Positions 1 to 9,049 of a stretch of DNA of 32,000 nucleotides are shown here, piece after piece (position 1 is the first letter of the stretch; every line of letters starts with the position of its first letter). The DNA comes from Promethearchaeota archaeon (lineage in GTDB: Archaea > Asgardarchaeota > Lokiarchaeia > Sigyniarchaeales > Promethearchaeaceae), in assembly GCA_016933055.1 (NCBI GenBank), contig JAFGBS010000034.1, positions 120,001 to 152,000 of the forward strand, in the 5' to 3' direction. A program made the translations under genes and the position numbers. The notes under the pieces were generated by a model. It did not search any database and had not been told where the DNA came from. It was given only the letters and a program-made list of their open reading frames with translations.

Positions 1-231
1 TTGAATCAAATGAAGTTTTTCTGCATTTTTATTCGCAACAAACAATCCCATTGTTGCACGCTTATCTGCTGCGAGAACAACCCCATCTTTACAAACTAAC
101 CCTACAGTAGTAGTACCAGTTTTTAGTTTTTTCTCGATCTCCATCTTTCGCTTTTCAATTAGTTCTTCATTGATGACTTGAACATCGATGTCAAATTGGG
201 AACGATATGGTCGGAAATCTCCTTGTTTCAT
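1..231 (-). CDS. psmB: Proteasome beta subunit, 5' part (runs off the left edge)
   Basis: Not in the ORF track. My translation from ATG at 231: [77 protein letters not shown]. It has the G/TTT autocleavage site and the ADKRAT motif. An alternative start is M30. Confidence 0.95.
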   Translation of the reverse strand, partial: MKQGDFRPYRSQFDIDVQVINEELIEKRKMEIEKKLKTGTTTVGLVCKDGVVLAADKRATMGLFVANKNAEKLHLIQ

Positions 232-356
232 ACTTAACTGTAACAATATAATGGATAAAAATTTTGGTAAAATAGAAAATATCCACATACGCAATTTTTA
301 GCATATGTCGTAATAAAACAATCCTTAACTATTATGGTGGATTTTATGATGTTAAA

Positions 357-818
357 ATGGTTAAATCTGAGATTATCACCTTTGTTAGCAAGTCTTATGG
401 GAAAACTGGATTTAAGTTTTTTTTCTATAAACCACGGACTGACATTTGTCCAGAGTCTTGCCGCTTTTATAATCCATGCATGAATAATCTCGTACCAAAT
501 ACCATTTATAACATAATCTCCACAACTGATATCGAGCATAAATGTCCCTATGATTATCATACAGAGCCCATGCGATTGGTAAAGGTAAAAGAAAGCGAAA
601 TTCTAATTTTGATTGAATCTCGACATGCATACTTAGGAGCTCAAATTGAATATCAACCATTGGATTGCGATTTCCCCGATTGTCCTTATTCTAAGTATTG
701 TTCCCCAGTGGAGGGTCTAGCTCCGGGTACGAAGGTAAAGATAAGAGAAATTGTGCAAAAGATCAAAGATCAAAAATGCCCGAATAGTTTGACTTTGGTA
801 AAAATAGAAAAAGTGTAA
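357..818 (+). CDS. UPF0179-family archaeal Cys-rich protein
   Basis: 153 aa with two similar Cys clusters (CPESCRFYNPC, CDFPDCPYSKYC) and an N-terminal ITFV..GxxF pattern recognised as UPF0179. Divergent from psmB. Confidence 0.75.
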   Translation: MVKSEIITFVSKSYGKTGFKFFFYKPRTDICPESCRFYNPCMNNLVPNTIYNIISTTDIEHKCPYDYHTEPMRLVKVKESEILILIESRHAYLGAQIEYQPLDCDFPDCPYSKYCSPVEGLAPGTKVKIREIVQKIKDQKCPNSLTLVKIEKV

Positions 819-829
819 AATAATTAGTT

Positions 830-1933
830 TTATGTAGATGCACGACTTTTCGTGAATCTTGCGCGATATTCATCCTTAAGGGTATCGATATACTCCAAAG
901 CAGCTTGTAAACTGATTGCTTTTAATGAATATTGTTCTCGAATGAGATTTAATGCGTATTCTGGAAAAATTTTTTCGATTTGGACATTCGATTGCAATGC
1001 ATAATATTCATTTCCGGCTTCATCCCGTAAAACAACGATCATCTGAACATCCCATAAATTCTTGAGTACTGCATCTATATCATTGACCCCTTTTTTTTGT
1101 AGTTTCTCCAGATCATCCCGTGTGACGATTGCTTGTCGCAATAGCTTTAAAGTCTCATATGTGGCAGGATCGAGTAAAGTATTCAACAGTTTCAAATTAT
1201 CTTCTTCCGTATTTTCATATTCACGGAAAAAGGATGTTACTTCGCTCTTGTAATCTTCAGCTAATTTCTGCGGTAATCCACGACTGACAGATTCACGAAT
1301 TAACTCTGTAGGAGGGACACGCGTGATGAAAATATCATTTATTAAGTAGAGCATTTCACTGGGGCTTCCTTTTACAGAACGTGTCTTAATAATTGAATCT
1401 TTAATCAAACTCTGCATCAACCCTTCTACGTCAGCGAATCCATCTCGATATTGATCCTTCAACCACACGGTAACTTCGGATTTCAATAGAGACCCTTCTT
1501 CTTGTAAGCGTTTAATCACCATTCTTCTTGCTTTATCTGTGTACAACATTGCAGTTTTGAGTTCTTCTGTAAGCTTTGGATACACGGACAATCTTTGAAA
1601 AATACTCGGTATTAATAATCGGTAGGCGTCATTTTCTAAATTTTGAATAACTAATCGTGTGGCGTCACTTAATCCGTCCTCAAACACCTCTGGATCCTCA
1701 TCTAGTGTCAATGCTAGAATCATATACACTCCAATATCTGGTCCAGTATAATAGGATACTAAATTCATAGAACCGACATTGAGAGAAATTAACCCGGATT
1801 CTCCAGAGTATTCATGAGTTGAATAGATTTGCATTAAGGTTTTATTTGTTACATCGATAGATTCAGGATATTTTGCAAGAATCGACACACCAAGCCGTTC
1901 GTCCCATTTCATTAGTACTAAACCTGTAGGCAT
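830..1933 (-). CDS. Longin/uDENN-like N-terminal domain plus probable winged-helix domains (NPRL2-like architecture)
   Basis: The N-terminus GLVLMKWDERLGVSILAKYPE fits the uDENN/longin beta1-beta2 pattern. Two later segments look like winged helices. The start lies 1 nt after the upstream stop and has an SD-like GGAGGAGGT. The gene is well supported; the fold is inferred. Confidence 0.6.
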   Translation of the reverse strand: MPTGLVLMKWDERLGVSILAKYPESIDVTNKTLMQIYSTHEYSGESGLISLNVGSMNLVSYYTGPDIGVYMILALTLDEDPEVFEDGLSDATRLVIQNLENDAYRLLIPSIFQRLSVYPKLTEELKTAMLYTDKARRMVIKRLQEEGSLLKSEVTVWLKDQYRDGFADVEGLMQSLIKDSIIKTRSVKGSPSEMLYLINDIFITRVPPTELIRESVSRGLPQKLAEDYKSEVTSFFREYENTEEDNLKLLNTLLDPATYETLKLLRQAIVTRDDLEKLQKKGVNDIDAVLKNLWDVQMIVVLRDEAGNEYYALQSNVQIEKIFPEYALNLIREQYSLKAISLQAALEYIDTLKDEYRARFTKSRAST

Positions 1934-1934
1934 A

Positions 1935-4900
1935 TTACATTACCTCCTCCGATGGCTGCTTTTCAGCGGGTTCTTTTGATTTTGTACCAATTGCCTTTCG
2001 AAAATCTAATCCGAGATCTTCCCAATCTTTACTGAAAATCTCTATAAGTTTTTCTTTTTTATCTTTCACAACTGATGTTCTGGTGTCAATTGTTTTCTTT
2101 TTGCTTATTTCTTTTGCAACAGCATCGCATTTTTTCACAAATTCTGGAATACGAGAGTTTTGTACTGCTTTTGTAAGCACAATAGCTCCTACACCTACTA
2201 CAACGAATGCAACTCCCAAAACGAAATAGAATGTAGGAATTTCTGCAAATAATGAATGCATTTGTACCGTCACTTGGACTGTAAATGTGTAGGTTTCATA
2301 GTAATCAGCAGTAATTTCTATGGTTCCCTCCACTATTTGCTTTTGAATGAAGGTATTAATATCCCCTGATATCAGATAAGTATATATTCCGTCTCCTTGA
2401 TAGGTAAAATCAATGCGTTGGCCCTCTGATGTAATAAATACGACACTCGCGTTATCTGCAGCCTCACCGTTTAACTTTTTCGTCAAATCCAAACTTAAAG
2501 TGGCACTATCTCCTTGAGGTATTGTAAATTTCAGTACATTGTTATCAAAATTACCGCTCGTGAATGCATAATTAAATTGATTTTTCACCATTTCTAAGGT
2601 AACCGATGCAACTTTAGCGTCATGATTGAGTTTTTCAAATTTGATATCGAATTCATAAATACCTTCTGGTAAAGATTCGGTATTGTAATTTAATTCATAC
2701 ACACCATTTCCGAGTTCGGTGATTTCATCTAATAGTGTTTCTGACCCTTTAGTGCCATTTACATAGGTGTAATCTACGAAACAAGTCACCGTTGCTCCCG
2801 TTATTCCATCTCCTGTTCCTGCAACAGTATATTCAAAATAAATTGGATAAGATTGAGTCAAATTTACCCTGGGTGTAACGTAAGATAATAAGAAATCAGC
2901 TGGATTTGTATCATTTAGACTGGTCGCTAGTGGTCGAATACTCAACCTCACATCAAACTGTTGTATCAGATAGTTATTTTTAAATGCGGTAAATTTAAGG
3001 ATATAATCTCCCACATTTCCCGGATCTGTTGTATCAATGGATACGGAATAGATCCCAGGCGTTCCACTTTCGGGAACCACCACAGTATCAAATAACCATG
3101 GTGCATCATAGCTTACATACGCACCAGATATAGCAATAGACTCTCGATCTTCGTAGATAATATCAAAAGTAGCAATATCAGTCCATGTCGCTGCTACAAT
3201 TTGATCAAAACTGACACTTGTACTGATGGGATTGATGGTTAATGAGGACACTATAGGAAGTGGTCCTGCACCATATCCTGGAGTATTTGCCTCAATTATG
3301 ATATAATAACTGTAATCGGCATCACCCAAAATTATTTCATCAGCTTGTGGATTGAAAATTATATCATAGTATCCCTTAGTCCCCGTTGTTACCATATGCT
3401 CTTGATATACCAATGAGTTGGTTTTTACGCTATAGATCTTTAAGAATGGATCTGCTTCGATATCAAACACTTCTATCGAGTCATTAGCAGTTATGCGAAT
3501 GTGTGCATAGTAGTCTTGGTCAAAATCGACAGAAGTAGCCAGAGTGTTTTGTAGTGTAATATTAGTTGTATAAACTGTCGCTTGTACTTGCACAGTTACT
3601 TGAAACTGGAAGCTATCAAATGCTGAAAATGTGAAATTTGCGTAATTTTGACCGGTAGAGCTAAAAGTTCGCGCTTGTCGGTAAAAAACTGCCATTAACG
3701 AATAGTTTTCAGGGGATTTTGTAAAATAATAGAATGGATTTCCATCTGCATCCAAGGCGTCTCCATACTCATTTGTAGTCAAATTCACAATAGCCGTGTG
3801 ATTTCCTGCAAGTCGATCTATCTCTGTATCATATATTTGAATTGCGAAACCTTCTGCTGGAACATCATCTCCATCAATAAAATTCAATTCCACTTCTGCG
3901 AAAGGAATATTAATGGATTCCACTGCTTGATGATACAAATCAACTTCTATGGTGCCATCATTTGTAGTGGTATTATGACCCAAAATAATAACTCTTACTT
4001 TATTACTTCTGAGGGAATCTAATCGCATTATTCCACTACTATCAGACCATAAAGGAATGCTTCCCGTCCAATCTTGGGTTGATGTACCAGAGATATCTTC
4101 ATAATAAACCATATCTTCTCCCAAATCAAAAATCAACTGAACCGATACCGAATCAATGTAATCTGTAACAGAGGAGAGATCGATGTTTATCCAATTGAGC
4201 AATTCATCCACTTCGAATTCAAATACAAATTGATAATCATTTCCTCCCAAATCGATCATTCCAGTACTGTTAAAGTCTCTTATAATGGAGGTTTCATTTC
4301 CAACGGGAAGGATAGTTGTATCGTTAACATACGTAATGGGATTCTTATAGTTATTGTTTAAGTAGAGAACAGAAACATCATAGGAAGAGCGTGCAATCCA
4401 TGTAAAGTATTCTAAATTTGTTCCTAAGGACATATTATCCCCCACTGCTCCTCCTTTAGTTTGGTTCCATACTACCAGATTTCCAGCGGTGAAATCTCCT
4501 CCATTTATATCTGTCACATCAAAATAGATTTTCTGCAATGGCACAACGTATGTTTCTTCTGCATATAATTGAGATGAGCTATCAATAACTAAGGAAGAAT
4601 CTACGTATACTAATTCTTCGGAGTAATAGCTTGTTGAATAATAGACGTTTACGGTATATGAGCCATCATTCAAGAGTTCGAAAATTGCCATACCATTTTG
4701 GTCGGTATGTTTGGTATCACTGAAACCATCGAGTGTTATGGTTACTGATGCATTAAACACTGGCCCCATATCCATATCTAATATATGAATAGTTAAATCC
4801 GGGCTTTTTGCTTTACCAGTATATAAATAATGGAGGGGGTTTTGACGATATACATAATTATCCCAGGCACCAAATACAGTCATCATTGTCTGGGAATTAG

Positions 4901-6779
4901 AATCAGCACTTCCCACCGAGGAGTAATATGATGGGCTTATCCAATCGATTATTGTGGATGATTGATTCCAAACAAGAATACTGGGTTCTGGTAGATTTCC
5001 TAATGCAGAGTCATATCTTCTATAACTCCCTGCGAACATTTCTATCTCGTTATCATTATCAAGATCCCCAAATCTAGGATAATATAAATCATGATAAGGA
5101 ACCGATGTATTACCCCATTGACCCCATACAAATTCTTGAACAATACTATCAGTTTGATTTGCAAGACCTTTGACTTTAATTACGGCTATAGATGAATTAT
5201 AATAAGAATCAGAATTACCTATAATAATCTCAGTATACCCATCGTAATCCCAATCATACATTGCTCCTACTACGGGATCTCTGAAATTGGGATCGGATGG
5301 TATGTTGAAAGTTCCTTCGTGCTCCATCTGTCCTGTCTCATTCATCTGCCAGATATATATGTAATGATTATTATCATGATCTGACATAACTAGCTCGATA
5401 TTCCCATCATTATCAATATCACCCGCCGATATAGAACGTACTTCTTGGGGGAGTATACCACCATGACCGGTTTTGACCTCTTGTGTGATATTAAAATGTT
5501 CATACTCTCCCGTTCCATTATTCATCCAGAAATATACGGTGTATCCAAATCGATCATAATAATCTCCATCTACATCAGCAGCAATAATATCTAAGAACCC
5601 ATTGTGGTCCATATCCGCTAAAACCATAGCTTGAAGTCCTATTTCTCCAGTGCTCCAATACTCTTGAATATTTAATACATGATTGAGTTGAGCATCCAGA
5701 GTTATGTTATAAATCACAATATAATTATGAATATCATAGCGATTCATTGTAATGATTTCATCACTTCCATCATTATCTATATCTGCTGCATATACACTAT
5801 AATGCGTCCAACTAGTCGCTGCTATTTCAGAATCTGCCAGACTTTCGAAATCAAGAGGATCCCCGTTTTCTGTTTGCAGTGGAATGAATAACCCTGTTAC
5901 GGGATTGTAATCCATTAACCAAAATTGATTTTCTCGATCATTAACTAATAGTTCCACCTCACCATCCCCATTAAAATCCCCGGGTATAGGATCTAAGTAC
6001 CTTTGTATATCCGAATGAGGACGCCCGTAATAAATAGTATCTGATAAATCATCGTTCCATATTGTGAGTTTTCCTCTATTTTCAGCAACATTATCTCGAA
6101 GATTGCCATAAGCAAGGTGGAATTTTTTATCTCCAATAACATCCGTTTTATAATTATAATCTTTTTTCCAGATTAGTGAATCAGGAGTCGCAAGATATCC
6201 ACCAGTATTCTCAATGGTATCAAAATATATCATGAAAGTACGATTGGTATTAGCAATTGATTTACCCGGTAGTTCAAACCATAGTTGCCCGAACGCATTA
6301 ATTTCTGCATGATAATTGTCATATTTTTCTAGGGGAATGAAAAGTGATGGAATCACATATTTATTCATTTCAATTACTTCGTTCACATTAAACAATTTCG
6401 GATAATACGGACCGATTCCTTCATATTCTACCACACGAACGGAATCTTTATCAAATTCACCCGACCAACCTGATTCAATTAATACCTGCGTAAAATTAAC
6501 ATCAATTTTCACAGAATAATCAGTTCGATTCATATACGTTGAGTTGATTTCCAGCGGAATTCTATAGGTAAAACTGGTAAAATTCGACCAATCATAGACT
6601 CCCGTTGGATTATAATTTGTGGATGATTTCAATCCAAGTTCATGTTTGGGTAAAATTGGGTTTGACTGCGAAAAAAAATGAGTACTAGGAACCAATAAAA
6701 ATATGCTAAGAAGTATAGAGATAAGTAGAACTGTGGTTTGTGTTAGGCGTTTCGTGTATTTTGTCAAGTAACAGTGCAC
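1935..6779 (-). CDS. Large membrane-anchored cell-surface glycoprotein with FG-GAP/VCBS-type repeats and Ig-like beta-rich domains
   Basis: 1614 aa. Features: hydrophobic signal peptide, six DxDxDG-type repeats, about 30 N-x-S/T sequons, a single C-terminal TM (FYFVLGVAFVVVGVGAIVL) and a charged cytoplasmic tail of about 75 aa. The GTG start is uncertain. Confidence 0.85.
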   Translation of the reverse strand: MHCYLTKYTKRLTQTTVLLISILLSIFLLVPSTHFFSQSNPILPKHELGLKSSTNYNPTGVYDWSNFTSFTYRIPLEINSTYMNRTDYSVKIDVNFTQVLIESGWSGEFDKDSVRVVEYEGIGPYYPKLFNVNEVIEMNKYVIPSLFIPLEKYDNYHAEINAFGQLWFELPGKSIANTNRTFMIYFDTIENTGGYLATPDSLIWKKDYNYKTDVIGDKKFHLAYGNLRDNVAENRGKLTIWNDDLSDTIYYGRPHSDIQRYLDPIPGDFNGDGEVELLVNDRENQFWLMDYNPVTGLFIPLQTENGDPLDFESLADSEIAATSWTHYSVYAADIDNDGSDEIITMNRYDIHNYIVIYNITLDAQLNHVLNIQEYWSTGEIGLQAMVLADMDHNGFLDIIAADVDGDYYDRFGYTVYFWMNNGTGEYEHFNITQEVKTGHGGILPQEVRSISAGDIDNDGNIELVMSDHDNNHYIYIWQMNETGQMEHEGTFNIPSDPNFRDPVVGAMYDWDYDGYTEIIIGNSDSYYNSSIAVIKVKGLANQTDSIVQEFVWGQWGNTSVPYHDLYYPRFGDLDNDNEIEMFAGSYRRYDSALGNLPEPSILVWNQSSTIIDWISPSYYSSVGSADSNSQTMMTVFGAWDNYVYRQNPLHYLYTGKAKSPDLTIHILDMDMGPVFNASVTITLDGFSDTKHTDQNGMAIFELLNDGSYTVNVYYSTSYYSEELVYVDSSLVIDSSSQLYAEETYVVPLQKIYFDVTDINGGDFTAGNLVVWNQTKGGAVGDNMSLGTNLEYFTWIARSSYDVSVLYLNNNYKNPITYVNDTTILPVGNETSIIRDFNSTGMIDLGGNDYQFVFEFEVDELLNWINIDLSSVTDYIDSVSVQLIFDLGEDMVYYEDISGTSTQDWTGSIPLWSDSSGIMRLDSLRSNKVRVIILGHNTTTNDGTIEVDLYHQAVESINIPFAEVELNFIDGDDVPAEGFAIQIYDTEIDRLAGNHTAIVNLTTNEYGDALDADGNPFYYFTKSPENYSLMAVFYRQARTFSSTGQNYANFTFSAFDSFQFQVTVQVQATVYTTNITLQNTLATSVDFDQDYYAHIRITANDSIEVFDIEADPFLKIYSVKTNSLVYQEHMVTTGTKGYYDIIFNPQADEIILGDADYSYYIIIEANTPGYGAGPLPIVSSLTINPISTSVSFDQIVAATWTDIATFDIIYEDRESIAISGAYVSYDAPWLFDTVVVPESGTPGIYSVSIDTTDPGNVGDYILKFTAFKNNYLIQQFDVRLSIRPLATSLNDTNPADFLLSYVTPRVNLTQSYPIYFEYTVAGTGDGITGATVTCFVDYTYVNGTKGSETLLDEITELGNGVYELNYNTESLPEGIYEFDIKFEKLNHDAKVASVTLEMVKNQFNYAFTSGNFDNNVLKFTIPQGDSATLSLDLTKKLNGEAADNASVVFITSEGQRIDFTYQGDGIYTYLISGDINTFIQKQIVEGTIEITADYYETYTFTVQVTVQMHSLFAEIPTFYFVLGVAFVVVGVGAIVLTKAVQNSRIPEFVKKCDAVAKEISKKKTIDTRTSVVKDKKEKLIEIFSKDWEDLGLDFRKAIGTKSKEPAEKQPSEEVM
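1942..1950 (-). promoter_or_regulatory. Shine-Dalgarno-like site for the longin-like gene
   Basis: GGAGGAGGT on the minus strand, 8 nt before the ATG at 1933, inside the 3' end of the surface-protein gene. Confidence 0.6.
5028..5981 (-). repeat. Six FG-GAP-like Ca-binding protein repeats (probable beta-propeller)
   Basis: GDFNGDGEVELLV, ADIDNDGSDEIIT, ADMDHNGFLDIIA, GDIDNDGNIELVM, YDWDYDGYTEIII, GDLDNDNEIEMFA. Confidence 0.85.
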
Positions 6780-6812
6780 CTTCTTTTTTCCAATTCTTAA
6801 AAATAGTTTTGG

Positions 6813-6819
6813 TTATAAA
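6813..6819 (-). promoter_or_regulatory. Candidate archaeal TATA box for the surface-protein operon
   Basis: TTTATAA on the minus strand about 33 nt upstream of the GTG at 6779. The context is AT-rich, so specificity is low. Confidence 0.35.
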
Positions 6820-6937
6820 AAAATGATAATTCTATACCTTAATGGGTTTGGTTAATGAAAGTCAAATGTTGGACAAAAATACCATTGTGAAAAAGAAGAG
6901 AAAAAGAGAGGAGCCAGTTATTTGATAAACTATTTTA

Positions 6938-8008
6938 TTATTTACTAGAAGTGGTTTTCTTGGTAGATTTTTTCGATTTTGAAATTTTCATGCTCTCCGA
7001 TTTCGAGCTGGTCGATTTCTTTTTAGCAGTTTTTTTTGGTTTAGTCTCTTCTTTAGCAATTTCTTCTGCTAACTTTTCATCTTTGCCTAATTCCACTTTT
7101 TCTTCATGGTCATGATCGTGATCATGAGCTTTGGGTTTCTTGTAGGAGTGAATGAAATTCACAGTGTCAATGTCCAAGTTATTTTGAAGATCATAGGCTA
7201 CATAAAATTCTGTCATACCAATATTTTGCTGCAATCCAAAGAAATCAGGTGTTCCGATGTCCAATTTGTTTTCGGATTTATTATAGTCTAACTTAAATTT
7301 GTCTTCTTCGACCCCAGGAATCCGACGTGAGATATATGCGAACACTTTGTCCTCGAATTCATCAATTCGTTCAAGGGGTTTTAATCGATATTCCACTTTT
7401 CTTCCGGCAAGAGGATGATTAAAATCAACACGTATTCTTCCTTGGTCTACCGTGATTACGGTACCAGTTTTTCCAGTTTTCTCATTACGAAATTCCATCC
7501 CAAGTCGTGGTTTGTCCTTGGCTATTGCCATGAATTTCTTATATGACATTTTTTCGATATTTTTCGGATCTCGCTCTCCAAACGCATCCTTAGGGTCTAG
7601 AACCACCGTTTTCTCATCTCCATATTTTAGCTCACCCGATGCAAGCATTTCTCCAAGTTTATCGAAAATAACTCCGCTTTTTTCCCCTACTAATACTAAT
7701 TCTGGAGTGTAAAGATGGGACTTTTCAGGATCATAATTTGGTAATTTCTTTGCATCTTCTTCATTCGACACTTGAAAAGTCACAGTAGTTTTATCTGTTG
7801 CTGTTGGTACCGTTTTCCCAAGTAGATCGAGCTTAATAAGATCGCCTTTCTTCACAAGTTGCCCTATATATCCTATTTTCTTCTTAGAGGATTTATTCAC
7901 GGTTTCCTTTTTAGTGGTTTCTTTCTTCTTCTTATTCGATTCTTTCACTGATGATTTTTTTTCAGAATCATTGTTCTCTGTTTCTGTTGCCGTTTGTTTG
8001 CTAGACAT
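6938..8008 (-). CDS. Long-type archaeal FKBP peptidyl-prolyl isomerase (SlyD-like) with Lys-rich tails
   Basis: Motifs PKDAFGERD and RVDFNHPLAGRKVEY, the archaeal C-terminal extension, and HDHDHDH at 7126..7106. The start is placed at M15 of the track ORF (ATG 8008) because the longer start overlaps the divergent gene. Confidence 0.9.
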   Translation of the reverse strand: MSSKQTATETENNDSEKKSSVKESNKKKKETTKKETVNKSSKKKIGYIGQLVKKGDLIKLDLLGKTVPTATDKTTVTFQVSNEEDAKKLPNYDPEKSHLYTPELVLVGEKSGVIFDKLGEMLASGELKYGDEKTVVLDPKDAFGERDPKNIEKMSYKKFMAIAKDKPRLGMEFRNEKTGKTGTVITVDQGRIRVDFNHPLAGRKVEYRLKPLERIDEFEDKVFAYISRRIPGVEEDKFKLDYNKSENKLDIGTPDFFGLQQNIGMTEFYVAYDLQNNLDIDTVNFIHSYKKPKAHDHDHDHEEKVELGKDEKLAEEIAKEETKPKKTAKKKSTSSKSESMKISKSKKSTKKTTSSK

Positions 8009-8105
8009 TATCAATTCCCAGCTTAATGATGGATAATTCGTTTTATCCATGTTTAATAGATTTTTTGCTTTTAAAGCTTCAAGTTCATTTTCTCATAAGA
8101 TTAAA

Positions 8106-9014
8106 ATGGGAATTCATCAAATCTTTTCTAGAGGTTTTAATGTGATTATATTTATTACCGCACAACCGACGCATTCGACGAAAAATCAAATCATTAACAC
8201 TTTTATGAATGCAAAAGTTCCTTACATAGTCTTAGATCCATCAATACCATGGTTCAAATTGCGCAAAAATTTTCAAAATGATGTATCAATTTGTTTATTA
8301 GCTCCCGACCATCCAAATGCATTTAAAATTTGTTCGTATTTACTGGCTAAAAATATTTATGTACTCAATCCACCCAGAACCACACTGTTGTGCAAACAGA
8401 GAATTGAAGTAAATATTCGATTGAATTCGATTCTCACCCAATTTAAAAAGGATAATCCCGTCTGTCCTATCCATATTCCTATGTCCCGCTATTATAAAAA
8501 AAAAGGATTGTTACTAACTCAAGTAAACGAAATTGATTTCCCGTTTGTGATAAAATATCCGATAAACCATTTAGGAATCCATCATGTGGAACTTATTCAA
8601 AATATGCAAGATCTCTCAACAAAAATACCGAAATTCTTCAATAAAAATGGTATTTACACTGAACAATATGTGGAAGCACAAGAATTGCTCATCAAGACTT
8701 ATCATTTAGGAGATACAACCATTACTCAACAAGAATCTCACCACCTAACGTTGGAAGCGGGTAATAAATTGAAGGAAATATTATTTGAGAGTAAAAATCA
8801 ACGGAAAACTATTGATACTCCTCTTATCTTAAAAAAATTTACAGAATTCATAGCAAAAGAAATGCCTATTACATTTTTTGGGTTAGATCTTTTACGTTCG
8901 TATGATGACCAATACTGGGTAATTGATTTTAATGATTTTCCTGGATCCCGTGGAATATTTAATGCAGGAGAGATTATTGCCAATTGCATAATCGATAAAA
9001 TAAAAGGAAATTAA
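8106..9014 (+). CDS. ATP-grasp enzyme, ITPK1 (inositol phosphate kinase)-like
   Basis: Motifs VLNP, FPFVIK, EQYV, LIKTYHLGD, FFGLDL and VIDFNDFPG. The ATP-grasp fold is confident; ITPK1 specificity is inferred. Start uncertain (ATG 8049 or 8106). Confidence 0.7.
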   Translation: MGIHQIFSRGFNVIIFITAQPTHSTKNQIINTFMNAKVPYIVLDPSIPWFKLRKNFQNDVSICLLAPDHPNAFKICSYLLAKNIYVLNPPRTTLLCKQRIEVNIRLNSILTQFKKDNPVCPIHIPMSRYYKKKGLLLTQVNEIDFPFVIKYPINHLGIHHVELIQNMQDLSTKIPKFFNKNGIYTEQYVEAQELLIKTYHLGDTTITQQESHHLTLEAGNKLKEILFESKNQRKTIDTPLILKKFTEFIAKEMPITFFGLDLLRSYDDQYWVIDFNDFPGSRGIFNAGEIIANCIIDKIKGN

Positions 9015-9029
9015 GCCAGATAACTGGCT
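9014..9029. terminator. Small hairpin between convergent genes
   Basis: AGCCAG-ATAA-CTGGCT, a perfect 6-bp stem at the stop of the ATP-grasp gene and just beyond the SECIS. Function is not established. Confidence 0.3.
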
Positions 9030-9049
9030 AAGTGTATAGTGTAATGCAT

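Noticed and set aside
234-560. 108-aa minus-strand ORF and the other short antisense or alternate-frame ORFs in the track
   Set aside because: They overlap well-supported genes and lack recognisable motifs, so they are treated as shadow ORFs.
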